NCBI GenBank assembly: GCA_963768675.1
Contig: CAVYIV010000016.1
Location: forward strand, 152,150 to 216,149
DNA: 64,000 nt
From: an uncultured Chloroflexia bacterium
GTDB taxonomy: Bacteria; Chloroflexota; Limnocylindria; Limnocylindrales; CSP1-4
Direction: 5' to 3'
Positions 49,850 through 59,536 of this stretch are shown in pieces (within the stretch, counting starts at the first letter, position 1; every line of letters starts with the position of its first letter). The notes under the pieces were generated by a model. That model was not told the origin of the DNA, did not search any database, and was given only the letters and a program-made list of their open reading frames with translations. A program made the position numbers and the translations under genes.

Positions 49850-51508
49850 TCAGCCCGGCTGCGCCGCGCCCGTCTCGTCGGCCTCCACCTCGAGGCGCGG
49901 GAACAGCGGGACGGGCGCCGCCATCGCGCCGGGCGTACCGGCATGGGCGCCCCAGCGCAGCTCGTCGAGGAGCGGCGGCCCGCCGTTGCCGTCGGCGGCG
50001 AAGTCGTGCGGATAGCCGAGCTGGGCCATGATCCGCGGTGCGAGGCCCGGCATCACGGGCGCGGCGGCGAGCGCAATCAGCCGGCAGGCCTCCACGAGAT
50101 CGCCGAGCACGAGACGGAGCCGATCTTCGGCGCCCTCCTCGCCGGCCTTCGCCGCCCGTGCGATCACCCACGGCTGCTCCGTCTCGACGAACCGGTTGCC
50201 GGCACCCACGAACTCCCAGAGTGTCGCGAGTGCCTCCTGGAGGAGGCAGCCTTCGAGCTTCGCTGCGAACGCGTCGCGGACTGCGGGCCAGGCCGCGCCG
50301 AGCGGGCTCTCCGCCTCGGCGCGCGGGTCCGGCCTGGCGCCCCCGAGGTAACGGCCGGCCATGGACACCGTCCGGTTGACGAAGTTGCCGAAGTCGTTCG
50401 CCAGGTCGGCGTTGTAGCGGCGCGTGAACGCGTCCCACGAGACGTCGCTGTCCCGGTCGAAGGCGGCTTCGCGAAGCGCGACGTAGCGGGCGCCGTCGCT
50501 CCCGAACGCGGCCACGAAGTCGATCGGGTCGAGGAAGTTGCCGCGGCTCTTGCTCATCCGCTCGCCTTGGGCGAGCAGCCAGCCGTGAACCCACACCTTG
50601 CGGGGCGCCTCGAGCCCGGCGGACCAGAGCATGGCCGGCCAGAAGATCGTGTGGAAGCGGGCGATGTCCTTGCCGATCACGTGGAGGTCGGCGGGCCACC
50701 AGCGGGCAAAGGCCGCCGGGTCGTCGGGGAAGCCCGCCCCGGTGATGTAGTTGATGAGGGCGTCGTACCAGACGTAGATCGTGCCCGCCGCGGGGTCCCA
50801 CGAGCCGTCGGCGCGCTGCGCGCTGCCCCCGTCGGGCAGGATCGGGAACGGGATCCCCCATCCCCCACCCGGCCGGCTGATCGAGAAATCCTCGAGGCCT
50901 CCCCGGATGAAGCCGAGCATCTCGTTGCGCCGGTGCTCCGGCGCGACGGCGTCGGGATGCTCCGCGAACCAGCGCTCCAGCCGCTCGCGGTACGCGGAGA
51001 GCCGGAAGAACCAGTTCCGCTCCGTCAGCCACTGGAGCGGGACGTCGGGATGGTTCGGGCAGATCGTCCCGTTGGCCGTCTCGACGACGTCGGTGGCGTT
51101 CCGGAACCCTTCGTTCGGGCAGTACCAGCCCTCGTAGGTGCCCAGGTAGATATCGCCGTTCGCGTAGGCGCGCCGGACCATCTCCTGGGCAGCGTGGACG
51201 TGGTCCGGGTCCGTGGTCCGGATGAAGCGATCTGGGCTGATGAGCAGCGCGTCCTCGGCCGCCCGGAAGAGGCCGACCTGTTCGTCGACGAAGTCGCGCG
51301 GCGAGCGATGCTCCTCGGCGGCCCGCATCGCGATGTTGACGCTGTGCTCGTCGGTCCCGGTCAGGAAGCGGGTCGGGATCCCGCACATTCGGTGCCAGCG
51401 CGCGAGCGCGTCGGCCGCGATCACCTCGTAGAGGGTGTGGAGTCCGGGTCGGTTGTTGGCGTACGCGATGGAGGTGGTGACGAAGAAGCGCTCGGGTCGG
51501 TAGAGCAT
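49850..51508 (-). CDS. metG: methionine--tRNA ligase
   Basis: Intact 552 aa. TTSIAYANNRPGLHTLYE (HIGH region variant), KMSKSRGN (KMSKS) and an anticodon-binding helical domain. Confidence 0.9.
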   Translation of the reverse strand: MLYRPERFFVTTSIAYANNRPGLHTLYEVIAADALARWHRMCGIPTRFLTGTDEHSVNIAMRAAEEHRSPRDFVDEQVGLFRAAEDALLISPDRFIRTTDPDHVHAAQEMVRRAYANGDIYLGTYEGWYCPNEGFRNATDVVETANGTICPNHPDVPLQWLTERNWFFRLSAYRERLERWFAEHPDAVAPEHRRNEMLGFIRGGLEDFSISRPGGGWGIPFPILPDGGSAQRADGSWDPAAGTIYVWYDALINYITGAGFPDDPAAFARWWPADLHVIGKDIARFHTIFWPAMLWSAGLEAPRKVWVHGWLLAQGERMSKSRGNFLDPIDFVAAFGSDGARYVALREAAFDRDSDVSWDAFTRRYNADLANDFGNFVNRTVSMAGRYLGGARPDPRAEAESPLGAAWPAVRDAFAAKLEGCLLQEALATLWEFVGAGNRFVETEQPWVIARAAKAGEEGAEDRLRLVLGDLVEACRLIALAAAPVMPGLAPRIMAQLGYPHDFAADGNGGPPLLDELRWGAHAGTPGAMAAPVPLFPRLEVEADETGAAQPG

Positions 51509-51583
51509 GGCCGGCCGATCGTAGCAGGGCCGAGCGGGACGCCGCGGCCCGTTCGATGCGAGCGCCGCCGGCTCGGCGGCACC

Positions 51584-53587
51584 CTAGTGCCGGAAGTGCC
51601 GTGTCCCCGTCACGAGCATCGCCCCGCCCGCGGCATCGACCGCCGCGATCACCTCCGCGTCCCGGATCGATCCACCCGGCTGGACGAACGCGGTCACGCC
51701 CGCCGCGAGGCACGCCTCGACCGCGTCGGGGAACGGGAAGAAGGCATCCGACGCGCACGCGGCGCCGGCGAGCCGCGCCGGCCCGAGGATCGAGTGGGCC
51801 TTGTCGAGCGCCGGCCGGGCGGCATCGACCCGGCTTGTCTGGCCCGAGCCGAGGCCAATGAGCATCCCGTCACGGACGAGGACGATGGCGTTGCTGGTGG
51901 CGCCCCGGACCAGGCGCCAGGCGAGGTCGAGATCCGTGCGCTCACGTTCGGTCGGCGCGCGCCGCGTCACGCAGGACCAGCCAGCGGGATCGTCCGGCAG
52001 CGTGTCGGCCGCCGTCACGAGGACCGCCCCGCCCGCCGTCCGGAACGCCCCCCGCGGGTCCGGTCTGCCGGCTTCCCCGGGGGCGCCGAGCCGCCCGTCG
52101 ACCACCAGGCGGAGGTTCGGCCGGCCGGCGAGCACGGCGCGTGCACCGGGATCGAACCCCGGCGCGACGACGATCTCGAGGAAGATCGCGGCGAGCCGCT
52201 CGGCCACCTCGGCCTCGACCGTCCCGGTCAGCGCGACGACGCCGCCGAACGCGCTCACCGGGTCGCCCGCGAGGGCGTCGTCCCAGGCTGCGGCGAGGCT
52301 CGATCGCTCCGCCGCCCCGCACGGGTTCGTGTGCTTGACGATGACGCAGCCGAGCCCGCGGAGGGAACGCCCGAGCGCCGACGCGGCAGCCACGTCGAGG
52401 ATGTTCGTATAGCTGAGCGACTTCCCCTGGAGCGGCGGCTCTCCCGCTGCGAATGGCCCGTCGGCGTCGGTGGCGCCGGGACGACGGTAGCGCGCCGCCG
52501 CCTGGTGCGGGTTCTCGCCATATCGCAGCGTCTCGACCTTCTCGAGCGCGATCGTGAGCGTCGCCGGGAACGGGTCGGGGCTCCCCGGCAGGCCGGGTTC
52601 GTCGGGCAGGTCGATCCCGGCCCGGTCGAGCTCGCCGGGCAGGACCTCGGCGATCCGCGCGTCATATGCCGCGGTGTGCCGGAACGCCTCGACCGCGAGC
52701 GCGGTCCGGAGGCCGGCCGAGATGCCCCCAGGCACGTCGAGCGCGGCGAGGATCGCCGGGTAGCGCGACGGCGACGTCACGATCGCCACGTTCGCGGCGT
52801 TCTTGGCGGCTGCCCGGACCAGCGCCGGGCCGCCGATGTCGATCTCCTCGACGAGGCCGTCCAGGCCCAGCTCGCCCCGGGCGGCCCGCTCGGCTGCGGC
52901 GCCGAACGGGTAGAGGTTCACGACGACGAGCGCGAAGGGCTCGATCGCAGCAGCCGCGAGCTGGGCGCGGTGCTCGGGACTGCGCCGGTCGGCGAGGATC
53001 CCCGCATGGATCCGCGGATGGAGCGTCTTCACGCGTCCGTCGAGCATCTCCGGGAACCCCGTGACGGCGGCGACGTCGGTGACGGGCAGGCCTGCCGCGC
53101 GAAGCGCCTGCGCCGTGCCGCCGGTGCTCACGAGCTCGAAGCCTCGTGCCACGAGCCCGGCCCCGAGCTCCGCGAGTCCCGTCTTGTCCGAGACGGAGAG
53201 AAGGGCGCGGCGCGGCACCGGGGCGGATGCCCCGTCGGGCGCCTCGACGGCAACGTCCGGGCGGCTCCCGTCCGGCGGGGGCAGCGCGCCTCGCGGCTCC
53301 CCGCGCGCCGCCGAGAGCGCGCCGAGCCGCTCGATCGCATAGTGCTCGGTCGCCGGGTCGCACAGGAGCTCCCGCGCAAGCCCGTCGACGAGCGCGCGGG
53401 CAGCCTCCTGGTCGTTCGCCTCGACGGCGACCTCGATGCGGCGACCGGCCCGCACTTGCCGGATCGCGGTCAGGCCGAGGGCCGACAGGCGCTCTTCGAC
53501 GGCGCGGGCCGCCGGGTCCGGGATCCCGTCCCGGGGGATCACGTTCACGGCAAACCGGAACCGGCGGGAGAGGATCTCCTTGTTCAT
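51584..53587 (-). CDS. purH: apparent PurS - PurH fusion (FGAM synthase PurS subunit fused to AICAR transformylase/IMP cyclohydrolase)
   Basis: N-terminal ~85 aa (FAVNVIPRDGIPDPAARAVEERLSALGLTAIRQVRAGRRIEVAVEANDQEAARALVDGLARELLCDPATEHYAIERL) fit PurS. A ~38-aa linker follows, then canonical PurH (RRALLSVSDKTGL...VSTGGTA...GRVKTLHP...VVNLYPF...VKHTNPCG...FFPFPD...TGTRHFRH). There is no stop in any frame across the linker. Confidence 0.8.
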   Translation of the reverse strand: MNKEILSRRFRFAVNVIPRDGIPDPAARAVEERLSALGLTAIRQVRAGRRIEVAVEANDQEAARALVDGLARELLCDPATEHYAIERLGALSAARGEPRGALPPPDGSRPDVAVEAPDGASAPVPRRALLSVSDKTGLAELGAGLVARGFELVSTGGTAQALRAAGLPVTDVAAVTGFPEMLDGRVKTLHPRIHAGILADRRSPEHRAQLAAAAIEPFALVVVNLYPFGAAAERAARGELGLDGLVEEIDIGGPALVRAAAKNAANVAIVTSPSRYPAILAALDVPGGISAGLRTALAVEAFRHTAAYDARIAEVLPGELDRAGIDLPDEPGLPGSPDPFPATLTIALEKVETLRYGENPHQAAARYRRPGATDADGPFAAGEPPLQGKSLSYTNILDVAAASALGRSLRGLGCVIVKHTNPCGAAERSSLAAAWDDALAGDPVSAFGGVVALTGTVEAEVAERLAAIFLEIVVAPGFDPGARAVLAGRPNLRLVVDGRLGAPGEAGRPDPRGAFRTAGGAVLVTAADTLPDDPAGWSCVTRRAPTERERTDLDLAWRLVRGATSNAIVLVRDGMLIGLGSGQTSRVDAARPALDKAHSILGPARLAGAACASDAFFPFPDAVEACLAAGVTAFVQPGGSIRDAEVIAAVDAAGGAMLVTGTRHFRH

Positions 53588-53675
53588 CGCAGAGCACCGG
53601 CACGCCCGCACGTGCGGAGGGAGAGCGTGGCGTCGTGGCAGGCGTCAACGGGCCGGACGGATCGCGCCGCCGGCC

Positions 53676-54993
53676 TCATCGCGCGACCTTCGGGTCGATG
53701 GCGTCGAGGCGTCCCATGACCGTCGGGACGTGGATCAGGAACGCAGCCTCGTCGAAGCAGGCTTCCACGGAGGTCCGTGGGAGTCGCTCGCAGACGCGGG
53801 GTTCGGACGCGAGCACGTCGCGAAGCGGGCGCCGCTCGTCAGCGGCCTGGAGCGCGGCCCGCTGGACGGTCGCGTAGGCCTCCTCCCGCGACATGCCGCC
53901 CTCCTCGACCAGGGCGACGAGCACGCGCGACGAGGCGTGGAGGCCGAGCCCGCTCTCGATGTTCTCGCGCATCCGGTCGGGCCGCACGACCAGTCCCTCG
54001 ACGAGCTCCGTCATCTTCGCCAGCATGTAGTCGAGCAGGATCGTGGCGTCCGGGAGAAGAACCCGCTCGGCGCTGCTGTGGCTGATGTCGCGCTCGTGCC
54101 ACAGCGGCTGGTTCTCCAGCGCCGCGGACGCGTAGCCCCGCAACAAGCGTGCCAGCCCTGCGATGCGCTCGCACAGCACCGGGTTGCGCTTGTGGGGCAT
54201 CGCCGAGCTGCCCTTCTGGCCGGCCCGGAAGCGGCTCCTCGAGCTCACCGATCTCCGTGTGCTGGAGGTTGCGAACCTCCGTGGCGAAGCGCTCGAGGGA
54301 GCCGCCCGTGATGGCGATCGCGGCCATCACCGCGGCGTGCCGGTCGCGCTGGACGATCTGGGTGCTGACCGGATCGGCATGCAAGCCGAGAGCGGCGAGA
54401 ACCTCCGCCTCGAGATCCGGGGCGAGCAAGCTGTACGTGCCGACGGGACCGGAGATCTTGCCGGTCGCCACGTCATCGAAGGCCCGCGCCAGGCGCTCGC
54501 GATCGCGGGCGAGTTCGAACGCCCAGCCGGCGAGCTTCAGCCCGAGCGTGATGGGCTCCGCGTGGACCGAGTGGGTCCGGCCCATCATCACGGTGCCGGC
54601 CTCTGCCCTGGCCTGCGCCACGAGCGCAGCGAGAAGCGCGTCGGTGTCGGCGATGAGCAGGTCGCCCGCGGCTCGGAGCTGGAGCGCCAGGCCCGTGTCG
54701 AGAACGTCGCTGCTGGTCAGGCCGAGGTGGAGGAACCGGCCCTCCGGGCCGACCGACTCGGCGACCTGGCTCACGAAGGCAATCACGTCGTGCTCCGTGG
54801 TCCGCTCGATCTCAGCGATCCGGTCCACGTCGACCCGGGCGCGCCGCGCGATCACGGCCTCGGCCCCGGCCGGCAGCATGCCACGCGCGACCTGGGCCTC
54901 CGCCACCGCGAGCTCCACCCGGAGCATGGCGGCAAAGCGCGCCGCCTCGGACCAGACCGCGCCCATCTCGGCGCGGGTGTAGCGGCGGATCAC
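53676..54993 (-). pseudogene. purB: adenylosuccinate lyase, frameshift near 54240
   Basis: VIRRYTRAEMGAVWSE...HLGLTSSDVLDT...GRTHSVHAEPITLG...VGTYS (ORF 53839..55128) continues as GQKGSSAMPHKRNPVLCERI...LWHERDISHSS (ORF 53676..54248). GTG 54993 overlaps the purA stop. Confidence 0.85.
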
Positions 54994-56290
54994 CGATCCG
55001 CGGCCAGCGGCCGATCCTCGAGCACCACGGTCTGGGTCCGCTCGGGTCCCACCGACACGAGGGTGATCGGGACACCGGCCAGGGCGACGAGCGCCGCGAC
55101 GTACGAGCGCGCGCTCGGGGGAGATCATCGGGCGTGCGAGACTGCGTGGATCTCCTCGGACCAGCCAGGGAACGTCTCGTAGATCGGCACCGCGCGGGCC
55201 ACCTCCTCGCCCGAGGCGGGCCAGCGCTCCACGCGTCGCCCGTCGATCTCGTAGGCCACGCAGAGGCGAATCTCGTCGATCCCCGAGAGGATGTCGAGCT
55301 TGTTGAGGACGATGCTGCTGACGCTGTTGACGTCCACCGCGTAGCGCAGCGGGACGGCGTCGAACCAGCCGACGCGACGGCGCCGGCCGGTCGTCGTCCC
55401 GAACTCGTGGCCGCGGGTCGCGATTCCCTCGCCGACCTCGTCGAGGAGCTCGGTCGGGTATGGGCCGGCACCAACCCGCGTCGTGTAGGCCTTCATGATC
55501 CCGATCACGGCGGTGACCTGGAGGGGTCCGATGCCGCCGCCGGTGCAGGCGCCGCCGGCGACCGGGTTAGACGACGTGACGAACGGGTACGACCCATGGT
55601 CGAGGTCCAGGAGCGTCCCCTGGGCTCCTTCGAACAGCACGTGATCGCCCGCCCGCAGCGCGTCCTGGACCAAGGTCGTCGTGTCCACGATCTGCCCGCG
55701 AAGGCGCTTCCCCCAGCCGAGCGCATCCTCGACGAGCGTCTCGACGGCCAACGGCTGGCCCTGATCGCCGAGGTGCGCCAGCCGGGCGTTCTTGTCCGGG
55801 ACCAGGCGCTCGAGCTTACGGCGGAGCGCGCCCTTGTCGAGGAGGTCCTCCATTCGGATCCCCACACGGGAGGCTCGGTCCGCGTAGGCCGGTCCGATCC
55901 CCCGGTGCGTCGTCCCGATCCCATCGCCGCCGAGACGCGCCTCCGAGGCGCGGTCCTCGGCGACGTGGTACGACATGATCACGTGCGCAGCGTGCGAGAC
56001 GCGGACGCGCGAGGTGTCGACCCCGCGCGCCCCAGGCCGTCGAGCTCGGCGATCAGCGTCGCGGGGTTCACGACGACTCCGGGACCGATGAGCGGGCCGA
56101 TGTGCGGGTACAGGACACCGCTCGGGACAAGGTGGAGCTTGAACACCTCCGTGCCGAGCATGATCGTGTGCCCCGCGTTGTCGCCGCCCTGATAGCGGAC
56201 CACCCAGCGGACCTGCTCGGCAAGGAAGTCCGTTGCCTTGCCCTTGCCTTCGTCTCCCCACTGCAGGCCGACGATCACCGTGGCGGGCAT
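54990..56290 (-). pseudogene. purA: adenylosuccinate synthetase, frameshift near 56030 plus two compensating shifts near 55110-55140
   Basis: [23 protein letters not shown]...[10 protein letters not shown] (ORF 55979..56416), then GIGTTHRGIGPAY...GAQGTLLDLDHGSYPFVTSSN...TTGRRRRVGWFD (ORF 55125..57059). After the apparent TGA at 55125, the same frame continues as PPSARSYVAALVALAGVPITLVSVGPERTQTVVLEDRPLAADR-stop. Confidence 0.85.
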
Positions 56291-56679
56291 CGCCGGTCTC
56301 CTGTCGCCTTCGAGCTCGACGAGCGTCGAGCAATGACCTGGATCCGCATGTCCGGGAAAGGCGCGTCGAGCGGCTCCGGCTCCGACAGCCCGCCCGAGCG
56401 TCGCAGGGCTCGGCACGGATCCGGCGGTTCAAGGGCGACCGATCGTGCGGTCTCGGACACTCGCTGACTCCTGCGGGGACCCGGGGGCTGAATCCGGGTG
56501 TCGGGACCGCGGGAGTATACCAGCGGCGGCTGCCGATCCCGGCCCACCCGACGGGCGGGCTCGCCGAGCCGGGGCGCTCGGCTCCGCGCCGCCCGGGCGC
56601 CGACCCCGGGACTTCCTGCGACCGAGGCGGTACCTTCGGGACAGGCGATTTGGCCCACCGGGACAGGTACCGTGACGGG

Positions 56680-58227
56680 GTGATACGCGCCCTTGGCGGA
56701 TTGGGGCTCCTGGCTCCGATCGTATTTCTGGCCCTTCTCGCCGAGGCCGGCCCGGGCGGTCCAGCGACGGTCGATGGCCTTGGACCCGCCGCGATCGTCA
56801 CTGCGCTGGTCCTCGGCATGAGCCTCACGGCCGCGATCACGAGCCTCTGGATCCGGGGTCGCATCGTCCCAGTGATCGCAGCCGCCGAGCGGCTCGCATC
56901 GGGTGACCTTGCGACTGAGGTACCGGACAGCGGCGGGGGGCTCGACGGCCGCCTGGGCCGCGCCGTGGCCCAGCTGGGTGCGACGCTCGCGATCTCGCAC
57001 AACGAAGCGACGGTCGATCGAATGACCGGCATCGCCAACCGCCCGGCGCTACTGGGCATGCTCTTCGGCGAGGTGGAGCGGGCCGCTCGCTACAACCGGC
57101 CGCTCTCGGTGGGCTTCGTCGACATCGACCGCTTCAAGGTGGTCAACGACACCCACGGCCACCATGTCGGCGACGTGGTCCTCCGCGGCGTGGCCGACGT
57201 GCTCCGCGCGAACATCCGGGCGACGGACATGGTCGGCAGGTACGGCGGCGAGGAGTTCATGCTCATCCTCCCCGAGACCACTGTCGAGGATGCGGCGTCA
57301 CTCGCGGAGAAGCTCCGCCTGCTCGTGAGCGGGACCCAACTCCGGATCGACAACTCCCTGAGCGTGGACGTGACGGTGTCGATCGGGGTCGCGGGCGGGC
57401 CGGGCGGCAACCTGCGAATCGACACGCTCGTGCGCGATGCCGACGCGGCGATGTATTCGGCGAAGTCGCTCGGGCGTGACCAGGTCTACGTCTTCTCCGA
57501 ACCGACCGACGAAGCCCGCGTACCGCGCGCCCCGATCTCGACCGAGGGCAGGGCCCGGGCGACGGACCTGGCCCAACTGGCCCGGATGGCCGCCGAGCAG
57601 GCGCTCGTGGCGACGCTGACCCCGTACCCGAACCATCGCGGCCACGCCTCGGCGCTGATTGCCACGCTGGCCGTCGGGATGGCACGTCGGATGGCGCTCC
57701 CGGACCCCGAGCTCGACCGGATTCGCCTGGCGGCCCTGCTCCACGACGTGGGAAAGCTGGCCCTCCCCGAGGAGATCCTGGAGAAGCCCTCCGCGCTCAC
57801 CTCGGTCGAGTGGCAGTCGGTCGTCCAGCATCCGCGAATCGGGCAGGTGATCCTGGAACAGGCGTCGGTGCTGCGGGATGCTGTGCCGATCGTCCTGCAT
57901 CACCACGAGCGGTTCGGCGGGAACGGGTATCCGTACGGCCTGCGCGGGAACGAGATCCCGCTCGGCGCGCGGATCGTAGCGCTCGCCGATGCCTACGATG
58001 CCATGACCACGGATCGGCCGTACAAGCGGGCCATGTCGCACGTTCAGGCCATCCGCGAGATCCAGCGCCACGCCGGCACGCAGTTCGATCCGGAGGTCGT
58101 GACCGTGTTCTGCGATCTCTACGCGGCCGAACGGCCGACGGCCGATCCGATGGTCGTCGGCGGGATCGTGATCCCGGGGCCGCGGGGCGTCCGGCGGAGC
58201 GGACGAGCCTCCACCGCAACGGGCTGA
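56680..58227 (+). CDS. membrane-anchored HAMP-like / GGDEF diguanylate cyclase / HD-GYP phosphodiesterase
   Basis: Two N-terminal TM helices. GGDEF domain with RATD I-site five residues before GGEEF. HD-GYP domain with HDVGK and HHHERFGGNGYPYGL. Start is uncertain; GTG 56680 was chosen inside ORF 56233..58227. Confidence 0.8.
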   Translation: MIRALGGLGLLAPIVFLALLAEAGPGGPATVDGLGPAAIVTALVLGMSLTAAITSLWIRGRIVPVIAAAERLASGDLATEVPDSGGGLDGRLGRAVAQLGATLAISHNEATVDRMTGIANRPALLGMLFGEVERAARYNRPLSVGFVDIDRFKVVNDTHGHHVGDVVLRGVADVLRANIRATDMVGRYGGEEFMLILPETTVEDAASLAEKLRLLVSGTQLRIDNSLSVDVTVSIGVAGGPGGNLRIDTLVRDADAAMYSAKSLGRDQVYVFSEPTDEARVPRAPISTEGRARATDLAQLARMAAEQALVATLTPYPNHRGHASALIATLAVGMARRMALPDPELDRIRLAALLHDVGKLALPEEILEKPSALTSVEWQSVVQHPRIGQVILEQASVLRDAVPIVLHHHERFGGNGYPYGLRGNEIPLGARIVALADAYDAMTTDRPYKRAMSHVQAIREIQRHAGTQFDPEVVTVFCDLYAAERPTADPMVVGGIVIPGPRGVRRSGRASTATG

Positions 58228-58582
58228 CCGCCCCACGCGGGCGCCTCACGGCGGCCGGTAAGCGGCCGTGAAGCGGCTGTTTCCCGCCGGGTGATCGATC
58301 CGCGTCAGGATCCGGATCATGGCGGGCGCGTCATTGTCCACCGCCCGGGCCACCGCGCTCGGCGTCGAGCCTGCACGCGCGCCCGACGGCGTCGCGTACG
58401 AGGACGAGCCGGAGCCGGCCGTCGCGCCTGACGATCCCGAGCCGGACGAGGCCGTCCTCGTCGCCTGAACTTCACCCGCTTCGCGCGCGACGGGCCCCGT
58501 CCTCCCCTCCGGCGCCCGTCGCGCCGCCGCGCCCATCGGGTGGGTCAGCTGGGCCACCGACGCGCCCTCCACGGAGGGCGCC

Positions 58583-59536
58583 TCAGCCCAAGCCGGCGTC
58601 AGGCGCGCTGTACAGCACCCGTCGCGGGAGCCCGGTCGTCCCGGCCACCGCCCGAGCGGCCGCGCCTCGAGCCGCGCCGCCCGCCACGAGCCGCGCGACC
58701 TCCGCCCGGGCCGCGGCGAGCGCTTCGGATTCCGGCTCGGGCGCGGCCCCGGCCGGCTCCGCCGCCCCGGCCTTCGCGCCGATCGCACCGCCGCGTCTCA
58801 TGCCGGGCCGCGGGTATCCGTTGTGCGGTCGCTGGCCGACGACGACGACGGCCTCGCCGCGCAGGTCGAGCTCGCCCGCGGCTGCGGCTGCGACGAGCGA
58901 CCCCAGGCTCCCCCGGAGCGTCTCCTCGTGCAGCTTCGTGAGCTCGCGACAGACTGCCGCAGGCCGCGCCTCGCCGCACGCCTCGGCGAGGTCCCCGAGC
59001 GTCGCGGCGAGGCGCCCCAGGGCCTCGAAGAGAACGACCGTCCGGTCATCAGCCGCCAGGCGCATCAGCCGCTCCCGCCGCTCCCGCCCGCGTCGCGGCA
59101 GGAAGCCCTCGAAGCTCCAGCGGGGCCCCGCGATCCCCGACGCGACGAGCGCCGCCAAGACGGCGGACGGGCCCGGGATCGGGACCACGTCGCCTCCCTC
59201 CGCAGCCCACGCCGCGACGAGCCCGGCGCCGGGATCGGAGATGAGTGGCGTCCCGGCGTCCGTGACGACCGCAAGGTCGAACCCGGCGCGGAGGTGGTCG
59301 AGCAGGCCCGCGATCGTCGCCGCCTCGTTGCGGGCGTGATGCGCGACCAGCCGGGTCGTGATCTCGTAGCGCGCGAAGAGGCGGCGCGTGACACGGGTGT
59401 CCTCCGCGGCGACCAGCGTGACGCCCCGCAGCACCTCGAGTGCCCGCAGCGTGACGTCGCCGAGATTGCCGATCGGCGTCGCGACGACGTACAGGCGTCC
59501 GCCGGGGCCGCCCGACGCGCCCGGGTCCGGGCTCAC
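58583..59536 (-). CDS. rsmI: 16S rRNA (cytidine1402-2'-O)-methyltransferase RsmI with Ala-rich C-terminal extension
   Basis: GRLYVVATPIGNLGDVTLRALEVL...VAAEDTR...VVTDAGTPLISDPG...IPGPSA...FEGFLP is the tetrapyrrole-methylase-fold RsmI pattern. GTG 59536 overlaps the nadE stop (GTGA). It is read as the 3' part of ORF 58583..61330. Confidence 0.8.
   Translation of the reverse strand: MSPDPGASGGPGGRLYVVATPIGNLGDVTLRALEVLRGVTLVAAEDTRVTRRLFARYEITTRLVAHHARNEAATIAGLLDHLRAGFDLAVVTDAGTPLISDPGAGLVAAWAAEGGDVVPIPGPSAVLAALVASGIAGPRWSFEGFLPRRGRERRERLMRLAADDRTVVLFEALGRLAATLGDLAEACGEARPAAVCRELTKLHEETLRGSLGSLVAAAAAGELDLRGEAVVVVGQRPHNGYPRPGMRRGGAIGAKAGAAEPAGAAPEPESEALAAARAEVARLVAGGAARGAAARAVAGTTGLPRRVLYSAPDAGLG

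Noticed and set aside
58228-58582. Possible small genes in the convergent gap between the GGDEF/HD-GYP gene and rsmI: a 49-aa acidic ORF at 58319..58468 (+) and the tail of ORF 58246..58788 (-).
   Set aside because: There is no SD-like sequence and no recognisable motif. Both strands are open, as expected in G+C-rich DNA, so the evidence is insufficient for a call.
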